A stretch of DNA of 64,000 nucleotides, taken from positions 96,001-160,000 of the forward strand of contig CAWGMA010000001.1 in the NCBI GenBank assembly GCA_963823555.1, written 5' to 3'. The notes under the pieces are model-generated. The model saw only the letters and a list, made by a program, of their open reading frames with translations, ran no database searches and was not told the DNA's origin. This document shows positions 53,946 to 64,000 of the stretch, in pieces. Both the position numbers and the translations under genes were made by a program. How positions within the stretch are numbered: the first letter of the stretch is position 1; every line of letters starts with the position of its first letter. The stretch is from Candidatus Eiseniibacteriota bacterium. Lineage in GTDB: Bacteria; Eisenbacteria; RBG-16-71-46; CAVPCR01.

Positions 53946-56900
53946 TCATAGCCGAGAACGATCGGCTTCTGCCCTGACCTCGCTGTGCCAGCGCCACAGG
54001 AGGTAGATGGCGGGATAGACGAGGAGCTCCATCAGGAACGAAGTGGCCAGCCCACCCACCATCGGGGCCGCGATCCGCTTCATGACGTCGGCTCCCGTGC
54101 CCACGGCCCACATGATAGGCAAGAGGCCGGCGAACGTGGTGGCCACGGTCATGAACTTGGGCCGCACGCGGAGGACCGCCCCATGGAGAATGGCCTCGTT
54201 CAGATCCGCGCGGCTCCGCATCCGGCCCTGCGCCTTCATCTCGTCGTAGGCCAGATCGAGGTAGAGGAGCATGAAGACTCCGGTCTCGGCATCGACGCCG
54301 AGGAGAGCGATCAGCCCGACCCAGACCCCGATCGACATGTTGTAGCCGAGCAGGTAGAGGAGCCACACCGCGCCGATCGCCGAGAACGGCACGGCAAGGA
54401 GGACGATGAAGGTCTTGGTGACCGAGCGCGTGTTCAAGAAGAGCAGGACGAAGATGAGGAAGAGCGTGAGCGGCACGACAAGCATCAGACGCGCCTCGAC
54501 CCGCTGCATGTACTCGTACTGCCCGCTCCAGCCGAGAGAGTATCCAGGCGGCAGCTCGAGCTGGTCGCGCACCGTGCGCTTGGCCTCCGCGACATAGCCG
54601 CCGAGGTCGCGCCCGGCCACATCCACGTAGACATAGCCGGCCAGGAGCCCGTTCTCGTTGCGGATCATTGCCGGCCCGGTGCGGAGCCGGATGTCGGCGA
54701 TCTGCGCCATCGGCACCTGGGCCCCCGATGGGGTGGCGACCAGCACGCGCTTGAGCTTCTCCAGGTCGCTGCGGTAGTCGGCCTGGTAGCGCACGTTCAC
54801 CGGGTAGCGCTCGCGGCCCTCGATGGTCGTCGTCACGTTGTCGCCGCCGACCGCCGCCATCACCGTCATCTCGGCGTCCTCGACGGTGAGGCCGTAGCGA
54901 GCGAGCTCGTCCCGCCGGAGGTCGAAATCGACGAAGTAGCCCCCGGCGGTGCGCTCGGCGAAGATGCTCTGGGTTCCCGGCACGGCGCGGAGGATGCCCT
55001 CGAGTCGCTCGCCGATGCGCTCGATCTCGGCCAGGTCGGAGCCGAAGATCTTGATTCCGACCGGGGTTCGTACTCCGGTCGTGAGCATGTCGATGCGAGC
55101 TTTGATCGGCATGGTCCAGGCGTTGGTCACGCCCGGGAAGCGCATCGCCTCATCGAAGCCGCCGGGGCCGTAGATGAGCTCGTCCCACGAGATATGGTCG
55201 GGCCAGAATCGCCGCAACACGGACTTGATCCAGTCCGGCGCCCAGGAGGAGTACCAGCGCGGTTTCGCCCTCCACTCGCTCTCCGGCTTGAGCGTGACCA
55301 CGGTCTCCATCATCGAGAAGGGGGCGGGATCGGTCGAGGTTTCGGCGCGGCCCGCCTTGCCGTGAACGCGCTCGACCTCCGGAAAGGAACGCAGGATGCG
55401 GTCCTGCGTCTGTAGCAGTCGCGTCGCCTCGGTGACCGAGATGCCGGGCAAGGTCGTCGGCATGTAGAGGATCGCCCCCTCGTTGAGTGGAGGCATGAAC
55501 TCGGAGCCGAGCTGCATGGCGATGGGGACGGTGGCGAGCATGAGCACCACGGCGGCGGCGATCACGAACCACGGCCTGCGTAGGACGAAGCGGGCCGCCG
55601 GCATGTACATGCGGTGGAGGCGCCGGCTCACCGGGTGGTCCTCCTCGCGGTGAATGCGGCCGACGAAGACGGTGTTGAGTGCGCGCGCCAGGAACCGCGG
55701 CCGGAAGGTGAACTCCTTGACATGGGTGAAGAGGAGCCTGAGCGCCGGGTCGAGCGTGATGGCGAGCACCGCGGCCAGCGCCATCGCGAAGTTCTTGGTG
55801 AACGCGAGCGGCTTGAAGAGCCGTCCCTCCTGCGCCTCCAGGGTGAACACCGGTATGAAGGCGACGGCGATCACGAGCAGGGAGAAGAAGGACGGCCGGC
55901 CCACCTCCTTGATCCCGGCGATGATCACCTCCCGGTAATCACCGCGGCGCCCACCGGCATCCCACTGCTCGAGGCGCTTGTGGGTCTGCTCGACGACGAC
56001 GATCGCCGCGTCCACCATGGCCCCGATCGCCACCGCGATGCCGGCCAGGGACATGATGTTGGCGGAGATGCCCATCAGCTTCATGGGGATGAAGGAGAGG
56101 ATGACCGCCGCCGGTAGGGTGACGATGGGAATCAAGGCGCTCGGGATGTGCCACAGGAAGAGGAGGATGATCAGTGCGACGATGATCATCTCCTCGCGCA
56201 GGGTGTCTTTGAGCGTGTCGATCGAGCGGTCGATGAGCTCCGAACGGTCGTAGGTGGTGACGATGCTCACCCCTTCCGGTAGAGACGGCTCGATCTCCGC
56301 GATCTTCTCCTTGACGCGCTCGATGACCTTGAGCGCGTTCTCCCCGTGGCGCATGACGACGATGCCGCCCGCCGTCTCGCCGATGCCGTCGAGCTCGCCG
56401 ATGCCGCGCCGGATGTCCGGGCCCAGGGTCACCGTGCCCAGGTTCCGCACCAGCACCGGAGTGCCGGTTGCGGCGTCGACGTCGACGACGATGGCGCCGA
56501 TGTCCTCGGTTGAGCGCGCGTAGCCGCGCCCGCGCACCATGTACTCCCGCCCCGTGAACTCGACCAGACGCCCGCCGACGTCGGCGTTGCCCTTGCGGAC
56601 GGCGTCGACAACGCGCGTGATCGGGAGGTTGTAGGCCAGAAGCGCATTGGGATCGATGTTGACCTGGTACTGGCGCACGAAGCCGCCGATCGGAGCCACT
56701 TCGGCCACTCCCGGCACGCTCTCCAGGTAGTAGCGCAGGGTCCAGTCCTGATAAGAGCGGAGGTCGGCCAGCGTTTGTTGACCGCTCGTATCCACGAGCG
56801 CGTACTGGAACACCCAGCCGACACCGGTGGCGTCGGGCCCGATCTCGGTGCGCACACCCTCGGGGAGAGAGGGTGTGATCTTCGACAGGTACTCGAGAGT

Positions 56901-57224
56901 GCGGGCGCGTGCCCAGTAGATATCGGTCCCGTCCTCGAAGATGACGTAGACGTAGGAGTAGCCGAAGTCGGAGAAGCCGCGGATATCCTTGACCCGTGGA
57001 GCTCCGAGCAGGGCGGCGACGATCGGATAGGTGACCTGGTCCTCGATGATGTCCGGGCTGCGATCCCACCGCGAGTAGATGATGACCTGAGTGTCGGAGA
57101 GGTCGGGAATGGCGTCGAGAGGAATGTTCCTGATCGCCCACACGCCGAGGACCAGCCCGCTGGCCAGAAAGAGAAGGACGACGAAGCGGTTGCGGGCGCA
57201 ATAGTCGATGATTCGCTCGATCAT
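53946..57224 (-). CDS. cusA: CusA/CzcA heavy-metal RND pump
   Basis: [44 protein letters not shown] and [12 protein letters not shown]. Confidence 0.96.
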   Translation of the reverse strand: MIERIIDYCARNRFVVLLFLASGLVLGVWAIRNIPLDAIPDLSDTQVIIYSRWDRSPDIIEDQVTYPIVAALLGAPRVKDIRGFSDFGYSYVYVIFEDGTDIYWARARTLEYLSKITPSLPEGVRTEIGPDATGVGWVFQYALVDTSGQQTLADLRSYQDWTLRYYLESVPGVAEVAPIGGFVRQYQVNIDPNALLAYNLPITRVVDAVRKGNADVGGRLVEFTGREYMVRGRGYARSTEDIGAIVVDVDAATGTPVLVRNLGTVTLGPDIRRGIGELDGIGETAGGIVVMRHGENALKVIERVKEKIAEIEPSLPEGVSIVTTYDRSELIDRSIDTLKDTLREEMIIVALIILLFLWHIPSALIPIVTLPAAVILSFIPMKLMGISANIMSLAGIAVAIGAMVDAAIVVVEQTHKRLEQWDAGGRRGDYREVIIAGIKEVGRPSFFSLLVIAVAFIPVFTLEAQEGRLFKPLAFTKNFAMALAAVLAITLDPALRLLFTHVKEFTFRPRFLARALNTVFVGRIHREEDHPVSRRLHRMYMPAARFVLRRPWFVIAAAVVLMLATVPIAMQLGSEFMPPLNEGAILYMPTTLPGISVTEATRLLQTQDRILRSFPEVERVHGKAGRAETSTDPAPFSMMETVVTLKPESEWRAKPRWYSSWAPDWIKSVLRRFWPDHISWDELIYGPGGFDEAMRFPGVTNAWTMPIKARIDMLTTGVRTPVGIKIFGSDLAEIERIGERLEGILRAVPGTQSIFAERTAGGYFVDFDLRRDELARYGLTVEDAEMTVMAAVGGDNVTTTIEGRERYPVNVRYQADYRSDLEKLKRVLVATPSGAQVPMAQIADIRLRTGPAMIRNENGLLAGYVYVDVAGRDLGGYVAEAKRTVRDQLELPPGYSLGWSGQYEYMQRVEARLMLVVPLTLFLIFVLLFLNTRSVTKTFIVLLAVPFSAIGAVWLLYLLGYNMSIGVWVGLIALLGVDAETGVFMLLYLDLAYDEMKAQGRMRSRADLNEAILHGAVLRVRPKFMTVATTFAGLLPIMWAVGTGADVMKRIAAPMVGGLATSFLMELLVYPAIYLLWRWHSEVRAEADRSRL

Positions 57225-57248
57225 GGCTTGCTGCTCCTTGCGCCGCCG

Positions 57249-58562
57249 CTAGGGTCCGCCGTGCTGGTGGGCGCCGGAATGTTCTTCGGATCCTGCGCCC
57301 ATGCCGGCGAGCGCCGCCTTGAGCTGGCTCTCCGAGTCGATGAGGAAGTGGGCGCCGACCACGACCTCCTCGCCGGCCTCGACGCCTGCGAGGACGATGA
57401 CGTTCTCGCCCAGCCGCTGGCCGAGCCGTACCGAGCGGGGTTCGTAGCGACCGCCGCCGGCGGCGACGAGCACGATCTGCTCCTCACCCGAGTCGAGGAC
57501 CGCGTTCGCCGGCACCTGAAGCGCGTCCCCCAGTGGGACTTCCAGCTCGACATTGGCGAACATGCCCGGCTTGAGCTTCATCTCTCGGTTATCGAAGACG
57601 AATCGGACCTGGGCCGTGCGCGTGCGTTCATCAAGATACGGGTAGATGTAGTCGATGCGGCCGCGGAAGGTCTCGCCCGGATAGTAGGAGAGGGCGACCT
57701 TGGCCTCCTGGCCGACGCGGACGAGCGGGAGCTCGTACTCGTAGACGGCGGCGTTGATCCACACCCGGCTCAGGTCGGCGATGAGATACATCTCTTCCCC
57801 CGGCATCACGCGCATGCCGTCGAGCGCCTTCTTCTCGACCACGATGCCGCTCGAGTGGGACACGATGTCGATCGTGGTGCGCGCCTGGCCGCTGGTGGCG
57901 ATGGCATCGATGTCGCTCGGCCGGATGTCCCACAGCTCGAGACGCCGCCGCGCCGCCTGGGCGAGCGTCGCTCCGGAGTCCCCGCCCATCGCCAGGGCCC
58001 GGATCAGCTCCTCCTGGGTCGCCAGCAGCTCTGGGCTGTAGAGGCTGAAGAGCGGCTCCCCCTGCCGGACCTGTTGTCCGGTATTGGCCACGTAGGCCTT
58101 GCCGATCCAGCCCTCGACCTTGGTGTGCACGTGATGGAGCCCGGACTCGTTGTACTCGACGGTGCCCACGGCCCGGATCTGCTGCTGGGCCGGACCGCGC
58201 TCGACGTGCGCCAGGCGGACCCCGATCCGCTGCTCCATCTCCGGCGTGAGGGTGACCGGAACTCGCATCGGCATGCCAGCCGAGGAGGGAGCGGTTTCGC
58301 CGGCGGCGGTGTGGCCCGTCGGTTGGGCATCGTGGTCATGTCCGGCCGGCAGGGGATCGGATTCGATCGGCACGAGCCGCATGTTGCAGATCGGGCAGTC
58401 ACCCGGCCTGTCACTCGTGTAGGTGGGATGCATCGGGCAGTGATATCGGGTCGCGCTTGCCTCCTCCTTCTGGCCGCAGCCAGGCAGGGCGACCAGCGCC
58501 GCCAGCAAGACGGCGGCGCTGAGCGCCAGGATGAGCGGGTAGCGGGCGGTCTTGAGCTTCAT
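57249..58562 (-). CDS. cusB: CusB-type membrane fusion lipoprotein
   Basis: Lipobox LPGC; YHCPMHP...CPICNMRL, YSPEL, YIYP, KPGMF and FLIDSES. Confidence 0.93.
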   Translation of the reverse strand: MKLKTARYPLILALSAAVLLAALVALPGCGQKEEASATRYHCPMHPTYTSDRPGDCPICNMRLVPIESDPLPAGHDHDAQPTGHTAAGETAPSSAGMPMRVPVTLTPEMEQRIGVRLAHVERGPAQQQIRAVGTVEYNESGLHHVHTKVEGWIGKAYVANTGQQVRQGEPLFSLYSPELLATQEELIRALAMGGDSGATLAQAARRRLELWDIRPSDIDAIATSGQARTTIDIVSHSSGIVVEKKALDGMRVMPGEEMYLIADLSRVWINAAVYEYELPLVRVGQEAKVALSYYPGETFRGRIDYIYPYLDERTRTAQVRFVFDNREMKLKPGMFANVELEVPLGDALQVPANAVLDSGEEQIVLVAAGGGRYEPRSVRLGQRLGENVIVLAGVEAGEEVVVGAHFLIDSESQLKAALAGMGAGSEEHSGAHQHGGP

Positions 58563-59887
58563 GGCGTTTCTCCTGCTGCATCGGGCAGCGGCGCTGCTGT
58601 GGCGCGTGCGAGGTCGGCGATTCCCTGCATCAGGTCGGCGCGGGCGCGTGCTTCCGCCAGGCGGGCGCTCGTGAGGGCGCGCTCGGCGTCGAGGAGGTCG
58701 ATGAAGTTGGCCCGGCCGGCCTGGTAGCTGTCCCGTGCCGATGCCAGCGCCAGATCGGCCTGCGGGATGATGGTGGAGTCGTAGAGATCGGCGATGTCGC
58801 CTGTGCGGCGGACGCGGGCCGCGGCAGCGGTGATCTCGTACTGGGCGCGGTTCAGGGCGGCGGAACGGGCAGCGAGGCCCTCCTGGCGCACCGCTTCTGC
58901 TTCGCTGACCCCGGACCGCCGCGCACCCAGCCAGAGGGGAACGCTGACGCCGACTTCCACCATCCAGGCATCCGTGCCCGCTTCCGGGCTCGGCGAGTCT
59001 CCCTTGTCGATCACGAAGTACTGGAAGCCGAGCATGAAGTCGGGCCAGTAGGCGCGTCCGGCGAGATCCCGCATGGACTCGCTGGCACGGATCGATTCCT
59101 CGGCGGCAAGCACCTCGGGACGGATGGCGGCGAGCGAGTCGGCCATCGCGGGGTCCTGGTCCATCCGGTCGGCGGTGGACCGGGTCGGATGCGGGATGCG
59201 CTCGGGATCGAGATCGGCTGCGAACGGCGGCAGAGCGCTGGCCGCCGGCCGTCCCAGGAGGCGATTCATCTCGGCGCGCGTGACCTCCCGTTCTCGTTCG
59301 AGATCGAGAATCCGTCGTTCGCTCTCGGCGCGTTCCACCTCGGCGCGGGCGACGTCCTCGAGGCGGCCAACACCGGTTTCGTAGCGAACGCGCGCGATGT
59401 CGCGGATCTCCTTCAGCAGGTTGCCATCGGTTCGGGTGATGCCGATGGCCTCATCCAGATAGATGAGCTCGGCGGCCGTCCGCCGCACGTCCGCCGCCAC
59501 CTCGAGCTCGAGCGCCCGCACCTGCTCCTCGCTCATGCGCGCCGCGTGCTCAGCGGTCTCACCGGCCAGGCCGCGCTTGCCGAAGAACGGGAACTCCTGG
59601 GTGACCTTGAAATTCGACGATTGGGGGCCGCGCGCCGTGACGATGTGTTCTCCCATCCAGCCATAGGTGAAAACCGGATCGGGAAGGGTGCGCGCGAGTC
59701 CGGGGCGAGCTCTGGCCGCCTCCGCCCCGGCCCGCGCTGCCGCGAGATCCGGATTGTCGCGAAGCGCGATCCAGACCAGGCCCTCGACGGCCGGCGCCGG
59801 AGACTCCTGGGCGGTTGGTGGCGGTTCCGCGCCGGCCGGGGCCGACGCGACGATGGCGATCAGCAAGGCAACAGCGAGCGTGTGCAT
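58559..59887 (-). CDS. TolC/CusC family outer membrane protein
   Basis: Signal peptide; LPDP, QEFPFFGK, SVPLW and YQAGRANFIDLLDA; first structural gene of the cus operon. Confidence 0.9.
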   Translation of the reverse strand: MHTLAVALLIAIVASAPAGAEPPPTAQESPAPAVEGLVWIALRDNPDLAAARAGAEAARARPGLARTLPDPVFTYGWMGEHIVTARGPQSSNFKVTQEFPFFGKRGLAGETAEHAARMSEEQVRALELEVAADVRRTAAELIYLDEAIGITRTDGNLLKEIRDIARVRYETGVGRLEDVARAEVERAESERRILDLEREREVTRAEMNRLLGRPAASALPPFAADLDPERIPHPTRSTADRMDQDPAMADSLAAIRPEVLAAEESIRASESMRDLAGRAYWPDFMLGFQYFVIDKGDSPSPEAGTDAWMVEVGVSVPLWLGARRSGVSEAEAVRQEGLAARSAALNRAQYEITAAAARVRRTGDIADLYDSTIIPQADLALASARDSYQAGRANFIDLLDAERALTSARLAEARARADLMQGIADLARATAAPLPDAAGETP

Positions 59888-60084
59888 CCGATCCTCCGGC
59901 CCTGATTGATGATCTGCGTGTCAGCGCAATCAACTACGGGCGCGACGCGCCGCGCACCGGCCAGGAGGTCGAAAGTCGGCTCGGCCAGGCTTGCGCGAAC
60001 GCCGGGTATGCCTATCTATAGCAGCAACGATGGACTGCCGCACGGAGCCCAGGCGCTGCGGCGATGAGCATGATCAGGCGGGGA

Positions 60085-60459
60085 TCAGATGAGCAGAATG
60101 CAGTGGAGGGTGCGGAGCGGTACCGCGAGCGCGAGATGAGGGCAGGCGCTCGGGGTGCCCTGGAGGGCGCGTTCCGGCGCCGGTGCGGAGACGGGGAGCG
60201 GGACCGAGAACTCGGAGATCACCAGTTCCACGCGCTCGAGCGCCTGGGTGCGCGGGATTCCGTCCTCGCCACAACGTCGCACCTCGGGGCCCTGGCATGG
60301 GCAGCCCTTGGCCATCGCGGGGGTTCCCGCGGGAGCCCCCGCCTCAGCGTCGCCGGGCAGGCAGCAGCCGCACTCCCGCCCGAACCCAAGGCAGGTCACG
60401 GGAGGCAGGAGGCTCAGCGCGAGGCCGAGCAGGACGAGAAGTGTCGGGACAGAGCGCAT
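60085..60459 (-). CDS. Cys-rich hypothetical leader-type protein upstream of the cus operon
   Basis: Signal-like N-terminus; CGCC and CPC clusters; Pro-rich C-terminus ending PLRTLHCILLI. Confidence 0.65.
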   Translation of the reverse strand: MRSVPTLLVLLGLALSLLPPVTCLGFGRECGCCLPGDAEAGAPAGTPAMAKGCPCQGPEVRRCGEDGIPRTQALERVELVISEFSVPLPVSAPAPERALQGTPSACPHLALAVPLRTLHCILLI

Positions 60460-60601
60460 TCGATGATTCAGTCGTTCGGGTTCATGACACCGTTCGGGTC
60501 GCTGCCGGGGGGGGCGGACCCACCTCGAGAATCTAGCACGACTACCCGGTCATCGGCACAAAAGGTCCCGATCTTGCCGGGCGTTGGGGCCAGGCCCTAG
60601 C

Positions 60602-62866
60602 TCATGGTGTGACCACGAGTTTCAGCGATTCGCGCTGGCCTCCCCCCTCGACCTCGGCGATATAGACCCCGGGCGCCGTCCGCATGCCGCCAGCATCCCG
60701 GCCGTCCCAGACGACCGCGTGGACGCCGGCCGGGCGGGTCGAGGCGGGAACCAGCTCGCGCACCACGCGCCCCGACATGTCGAGGATGCGCACGCGCATC
60801 TGCGCAGTTGCCGCCAGTTCGAAGCGCAACGTGGTCGAGCCGGCGACCGGGTTCGGCGTGCTGGCGAGATTGAGCCGGGGCGCGGATGCACGGCCCGCCT
60901 GGTGGGTGGCCACCGCCTCGCTCTGGGGCTCGCGCAGGCCGAAGATGGACACCGGCTGCGGGCCCTGCGGAATGTTGGCGCCGCGAACCCTCACGATCCA
61001 CTCGCCCGGCAGTGGATCACCCACGAACACCTGCTCCACGTTGTTGCGCCGGTCGATACCGGTCGCCGCGGGCGCGTCAGGGACGGCGGGGTCGAGTACC
61101 CACGGCAGATACGTGGCGGCCAGCGGGTCCACGAGCTCGAGGTCGAGATCGTTGACGAGCGCGATGGCGGCACCCTCGGCGCCCGCCGGATCATCCCAGG
61201 TGATCGTGACCTTGACCGGATCGCTGCCGTCCACGGCGAGGGGGAACTCGAGGATGTCATCCTGGGCCACCATCTCCTCGCGGATCTCCAGGCTGTCGAT
61301 GACGGCCACGGCGGCGACGAGATCGATCTGGCCGTACCCGCTCCGGTAGTCGGGCCCCGGATTGAAGCGATCGGTGGCCGAATGCATGAGCAAGCCGCGC
61401 ACGGTGGACGGCCACGGCTGGTGGCCGGTGACGAGGCGGAAGCGTTCCATGACGAGTGCCGCCGAGCCGGTGCCGGCGGGAGCCGCCATCGAAGTTCCGG
61501 TGAGCACCGCGTAGCCGCCGCCCGGATTGGCCGACTTGATCCCGCCGTCGCCCTGACGCTCGTCGCCGGCGGCTACCACCTCGGGCTTGATGCGACCATC
61601 GTCGACCGGTCCCCAGCTCGAGAAATCGCTCATCGAGCCGTCATCGGAGTTGAGGGCGCCGACACAGATCAGGTTCTTGGCTGGCTTCGGCGGGTTGATG
61701 TTCCCGAAATTCACGTAGGGCGGCGTGCAGCTCATGCCGCAGTCGCAGTCGTTGCGCTCGTTGCCGGCGGAGAACGTGATGTTGATCCGCCGCCCGTGGA
61801 GTCCAGTGATGATCTCGTCGAGCGGCGGGGCATCGAAGCGGTAGTCGCCATAGATCGAGCAGTTCGAACTACTGACCCCGGTGCCCCAGGAGTTGGTCGT
61901 GATCTCGACGCCGTAGGTGTTGACGATGCCGGCGTACTTGGCGAGGTGACTGGAGTAGGTGTAGGAGTAGATGCGGGCGCCGGGCGCCATGCCGCGCCAT
62001 TGCTCTGCCGTGCCGCCGTTGGCGGCCGAGTTGATCCCGGTGCCACCGAGGGTGCCGGCCACGTGGGTCGAGTGCTGGCTGTTCGACGCGTTGTCGACCA
62101 CGGTCAGGCGGCCGGCGAAGTCAGGGTGAGCGGGATCGATCCGCCCGCCATCGATGACGGCGACGTCGATGTCGGCACCGCTCAAGCCGTAAGGCGGGTT
62201 CTGGACCGCGCCCGCGCCGATGAGCGCCCGGGACCCGTCGTTCTCGAGCTCGATGGGCGGGCCGATCTCGTCGACGAAGGCCACCCCATCCTCTGCCGCG
62301 ATGAGAAGCAGCTGACCGGGATCGGCGAGGACCGTGTAGCGATGGTGGGGGAGGAGCACCTCGACGATCTCCGTGTTCAGGGCTGCGAGCCGGGACTCCG
62401 CTTCGATCGCCGGGATGTCCGGGTAGAAGCGGACGTTCAGGAGGGCACGACCGTCGGGAGCTCGAGCCCAGTCGTCGATGCCGCTGGCGATGAGCGACGG
62501 ATGCACCTTGTCCGTCGGCGAGAGGATCGCTATCCCGGCGAGGTGCTCGGCCGCAGCGGGTGAGAGGTCGGGGGGCAGCGTCACGGCGAACGCATCGTCC
62601 GGGAGGTAGTGATGGAAGACGACGCCGAGCGCCTCGAGCGCCCGCCGGTGCGTGTCGCGTCCGTTCCGTTCGATGACGATGACGAGATGTCGCGCGGCGG
62701 GGATGCTGATCTCCCTGGCCACAGCCGCGGGCCGCCGTTCGGGTTCGATGCTTCGAGCCAGGAGGTGGATGGCGCCGCTGGCGGGTGCGCTGGCCAGGAC
62801 GAGCAGGCACAGGACTACGAGCGCGGCGACGGTCTTCTGGCGAGCGACGCTCACTGGACGGCGCAT
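60602..62866 (-). CDS. Secreted S8 (subtilisin-like) serine peptidase with C-terminal FlgD-Ig domain
   Basis: VAVIDGG, HSTHVAGT, FSAGN and GTSMAAP; tail TPNP...WDGRDAGGMRTAPGVYIA. Confidence 0.93.
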   Translation of the reverse strand: MRRPVSVARQKTVAALVVLCLLVLASAPASGAIHLLARSIEPERRPAAVAREISIPAARHLVIVIERNGRDTHRRALEALGVVFHHYLPDDAFAVTLPPDLSPAAAEHLAGIAILSPTDKVHPSLIASGIDDWARAPDGRALLNVRFYPDIPAIEAESRLAALNTEIVEVLLPHHRYTVLADPGQLLLIAAEDGVAFVDEIGPPIELENDGSRALIGAGAVQNPPYGLSGADIDVAVIDGGRIDPAHPDFAGRLTVVDNASNSQHSTHVAGTLGGTGINSAANGGTAEQWRGMAPGARIYSYTYSSHLAKYAGIVNTYGVEITTNSWGTGVSSSNCSIYGDYRFDAPPLDEIITGLHGRRINITFSAGNERNDCDCGMSCTPPYVNFGNINPPKPAKNLICVGALNSDDGSMSDFSSWGPVDDGRIKPEVVAAGDERQGDGGIKSANPGGGYAVLTGTSMAAPAGTGSAALVMERFRLVTGHQPWPSTVRGLLMHSATDRFNPGPDYRSGYGQIDLVAAVAVIDSLEIREEMVAQDDILEFPLAVDGSDPVKVTITWDDPAGAEGAAIALVNDLDLELVDPLAATYLPWVLDPAVPDAPAATGIDRRNNVEQVFVGDPLPGEWIVRVRGANIPQGPQPVSIFGLREPQSEAVATHQAGRASAPRLNLASTPNPVAGSTTLRFELAATAQMRVRILDMSGRVVRELVPASTRPAGVHAVVWDGRDAGGMRTAPGVYIAEVEGGGQRESLKLVVTP

Positions 62867-62971
62867 GGTCGGGCCTCCGGTCTTGGTGGAGAAGGCTGGC
62901 AACGAGCCGAACGAGCGGCCCCGTTCGCGGCGATGCGCGGCGGCCATCGCCCCGTGATTATACCGCTCGAT

Positions 62972-63000
62972 TTGCCCTGGCGGGGCCTCATCCCTATAGT
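62972..63000 (+). promoter_or_regulatory. sigma70 promoter of the YqeY gene; back-to-back TATAAT on the minus strand at 62957-62962
   Basis: TTGCCC-17 bp-TATAGT. Confidence 0.55.
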
Positions 63001-63053
63001 CGGCGCCGGCCCCGAAGCGAGAGCTGCGGGCCGGCCCCGAGGGAGAACCGAAC

Positions 63054-63497
63054 ATGTTGACCGATCGCCTGAGCGAGGACCTGAAGGTGGCCATGAAGGC
63101 GCGGGAGAGCGAGCGGGTCGGCGTCATCCGGATGGTGCTCGCCGACCTCAAGAACGCGCGCATCCAGAAGGGCGTCGATCTCACCGCGGATGATGAGATC
63201 CAGGTGCTCAAGCGCGGCATCAAGATGCGCAGCGACTCCACCGAGCAGTTCCGCCACGGCGGGCGCGAGGAACTCGCCGCCAGGGAGGAGCGCGAGGCCG
63301 AGATCCTGCGTGCCTACTTGCCGCAGCAGCTGACCGGGAGCGACCTGGCCCGCGTCGTCGACGAAGCCGTGAGCCGCGCCGGCGCCACCGGCCCCAAAGA
63401 CATGGGCGCGGTGATGAAGCTCGTCATGGGCGAGCACGGATCGATCGTCGACGGCAAGGAGGTCCAGGCCCTGGTGCGCGCCCGTCTCGGCGGCTGA
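63054..63497 (+). CDS. GatB/YqeY domain protein
   Basis: DLKVAMKARE, SDSTEQF..GGREELA, AYLPQQL and KDMGAVMK. Confidence 0.93.
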   Translation: MLTDRLSEDLKVAMKARESERVGVIRMVLADLKNARIQKGVDLTADDEIQVLKRGIKMRSDSTEQFRHGGREELAAREEREAEILRAYLPQQLTGSDLARVVDEAVSRAGATGPKDMGAVMKLVMGEHGSIVDGKEVQALVRARLGG

Positions 63498-63536
63498 GCG
63501 GGCGCGCCTCGAGCTGGAACTCTCGACCCGGCGGGG

Positions 63537-63854
63537 CTAGGCGTGCGAGCGCTGGATCGCCCGCCGGATCTCCCGCTTCAGGCGGTGCCGCCGCTTCCGG
63601 GTTGTCTTGAGTACCTTGTGGTCGTGGGCCGCAAGCGCCTGATCCCGTTCCTTCTTCAGCTCGGTGAGTTGCTTCTTGATGGTGGCCTTGTTGATGCCGA
63701 GCGCGCCATGGGCATGGCGATCGATCCCGAGCTTGGCAACGAGGAAGTCGACGAGCTGTTCCTTCTTCAGGGCTGACACGCCCTCCAGCCCGTGCTTGGC
63801 CGCCATCTCGCGCAGTTCGATCACCCTGGTCTTGTGCAGCTGGTGGAAGTCCAT
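63537..63854 (-). CDS. Small basic protein with Rho-N-like helix-extension-helix N-terminus
   Basis: LHKTRVIELREMAAKHGLEGVSALKKEQLV; AGGAGGAG RBS; basic coiled-coil tail. Confidence 0.7.
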   Translation of the reverse strand: MDFHQLHKTRVIELREMAAKHGLEGVSALKKEQLVDFLVAKLGIDRHAHGALGINKATIKKQLTELKKERDQALAAHDHKVLKTTRKRRHRLKREIRRAIQRSHA

Positions 63855-63915
63855 CGCTCCTCCTGCAGGTTCGCCTGGATCGGAAGCACAATTCAACAGA
63901 AGAGCCGCCCGCGAA

Positions 63916-63999
63916 TCAAGGGGGAGTTGCGGTCGTGCCGGTTCCCGGGCCCATTGCCGCCCGTTCCGCCGCCTTGGCCATCTCGATGCGCTCGATCAC
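63916..63999 (-). CDS. Possible C-terminal end of a gene entering from beyond the window
   Basis: Open frame VIERIEMAKAAERAAM...TPP* with typical codon usage; too short to identify. Confidence 0.35.
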   Translation of the reverse strand: MIERIEMAKAAERAAMGPGTGTTATPP

Positions 64000-64000
64000 G

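Overview
This is a GC-rich, gene-dense bacterial window, probably from an uncultured FCB-superphylum lineage such as Ca. Eisenbacteria, Krumholzibacteriota or Latescibacterota. That assignment is an inference from the FlgD-Ig C-terminal domains and the TWGxIK tails. Housekeeping genes include glnS (heavily frameshifted), gltX, cyaY, yggX, ettA, a YqeY protein and a CNT/NupC transporter. There are four efflux loci: MFP-AcrB, MacA-MacB, TolC-MFP-RND-PII-DUF2892 and cusCBA-copA. The window also holds a diadenylate cyclase-deoC-aldehyde dehydrogenase-phosphodiesterase operon, an ECF sigma/anti-sigma/Spy-like module and several secreted hydrolases. The most notable observations are: (1) five secreted proteins of two unrelated folds end in the same 16-aa tail (T/A)(A/P)VE(P/S)xTWGxIKx(I/M)(Y/F)(R/H), a candidate uncharacterised C-terminal sorting signal; (2) four of them are DVUA0089-like paralogs, three in a tandem array with near-identical ends, and two of those share a duplicated promoter; (3) a radical SAM gene whose UGA is very likely selenocysteine (C-U-A-E-P tail plus a SECIS-like hairpin); (4) a roughly 0.56 kb ORF-free, hairpin-rich candidate transcript between a sigma54-type promoter and a terminator; (5) a Cys-rich leader ORF whose stop region can pair with the cusC ribosome-binding site. 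Scattered single-base frameshifts look like sequencing errors. No rRNA, tRNA, CRISPR array or mobile element was recognised.
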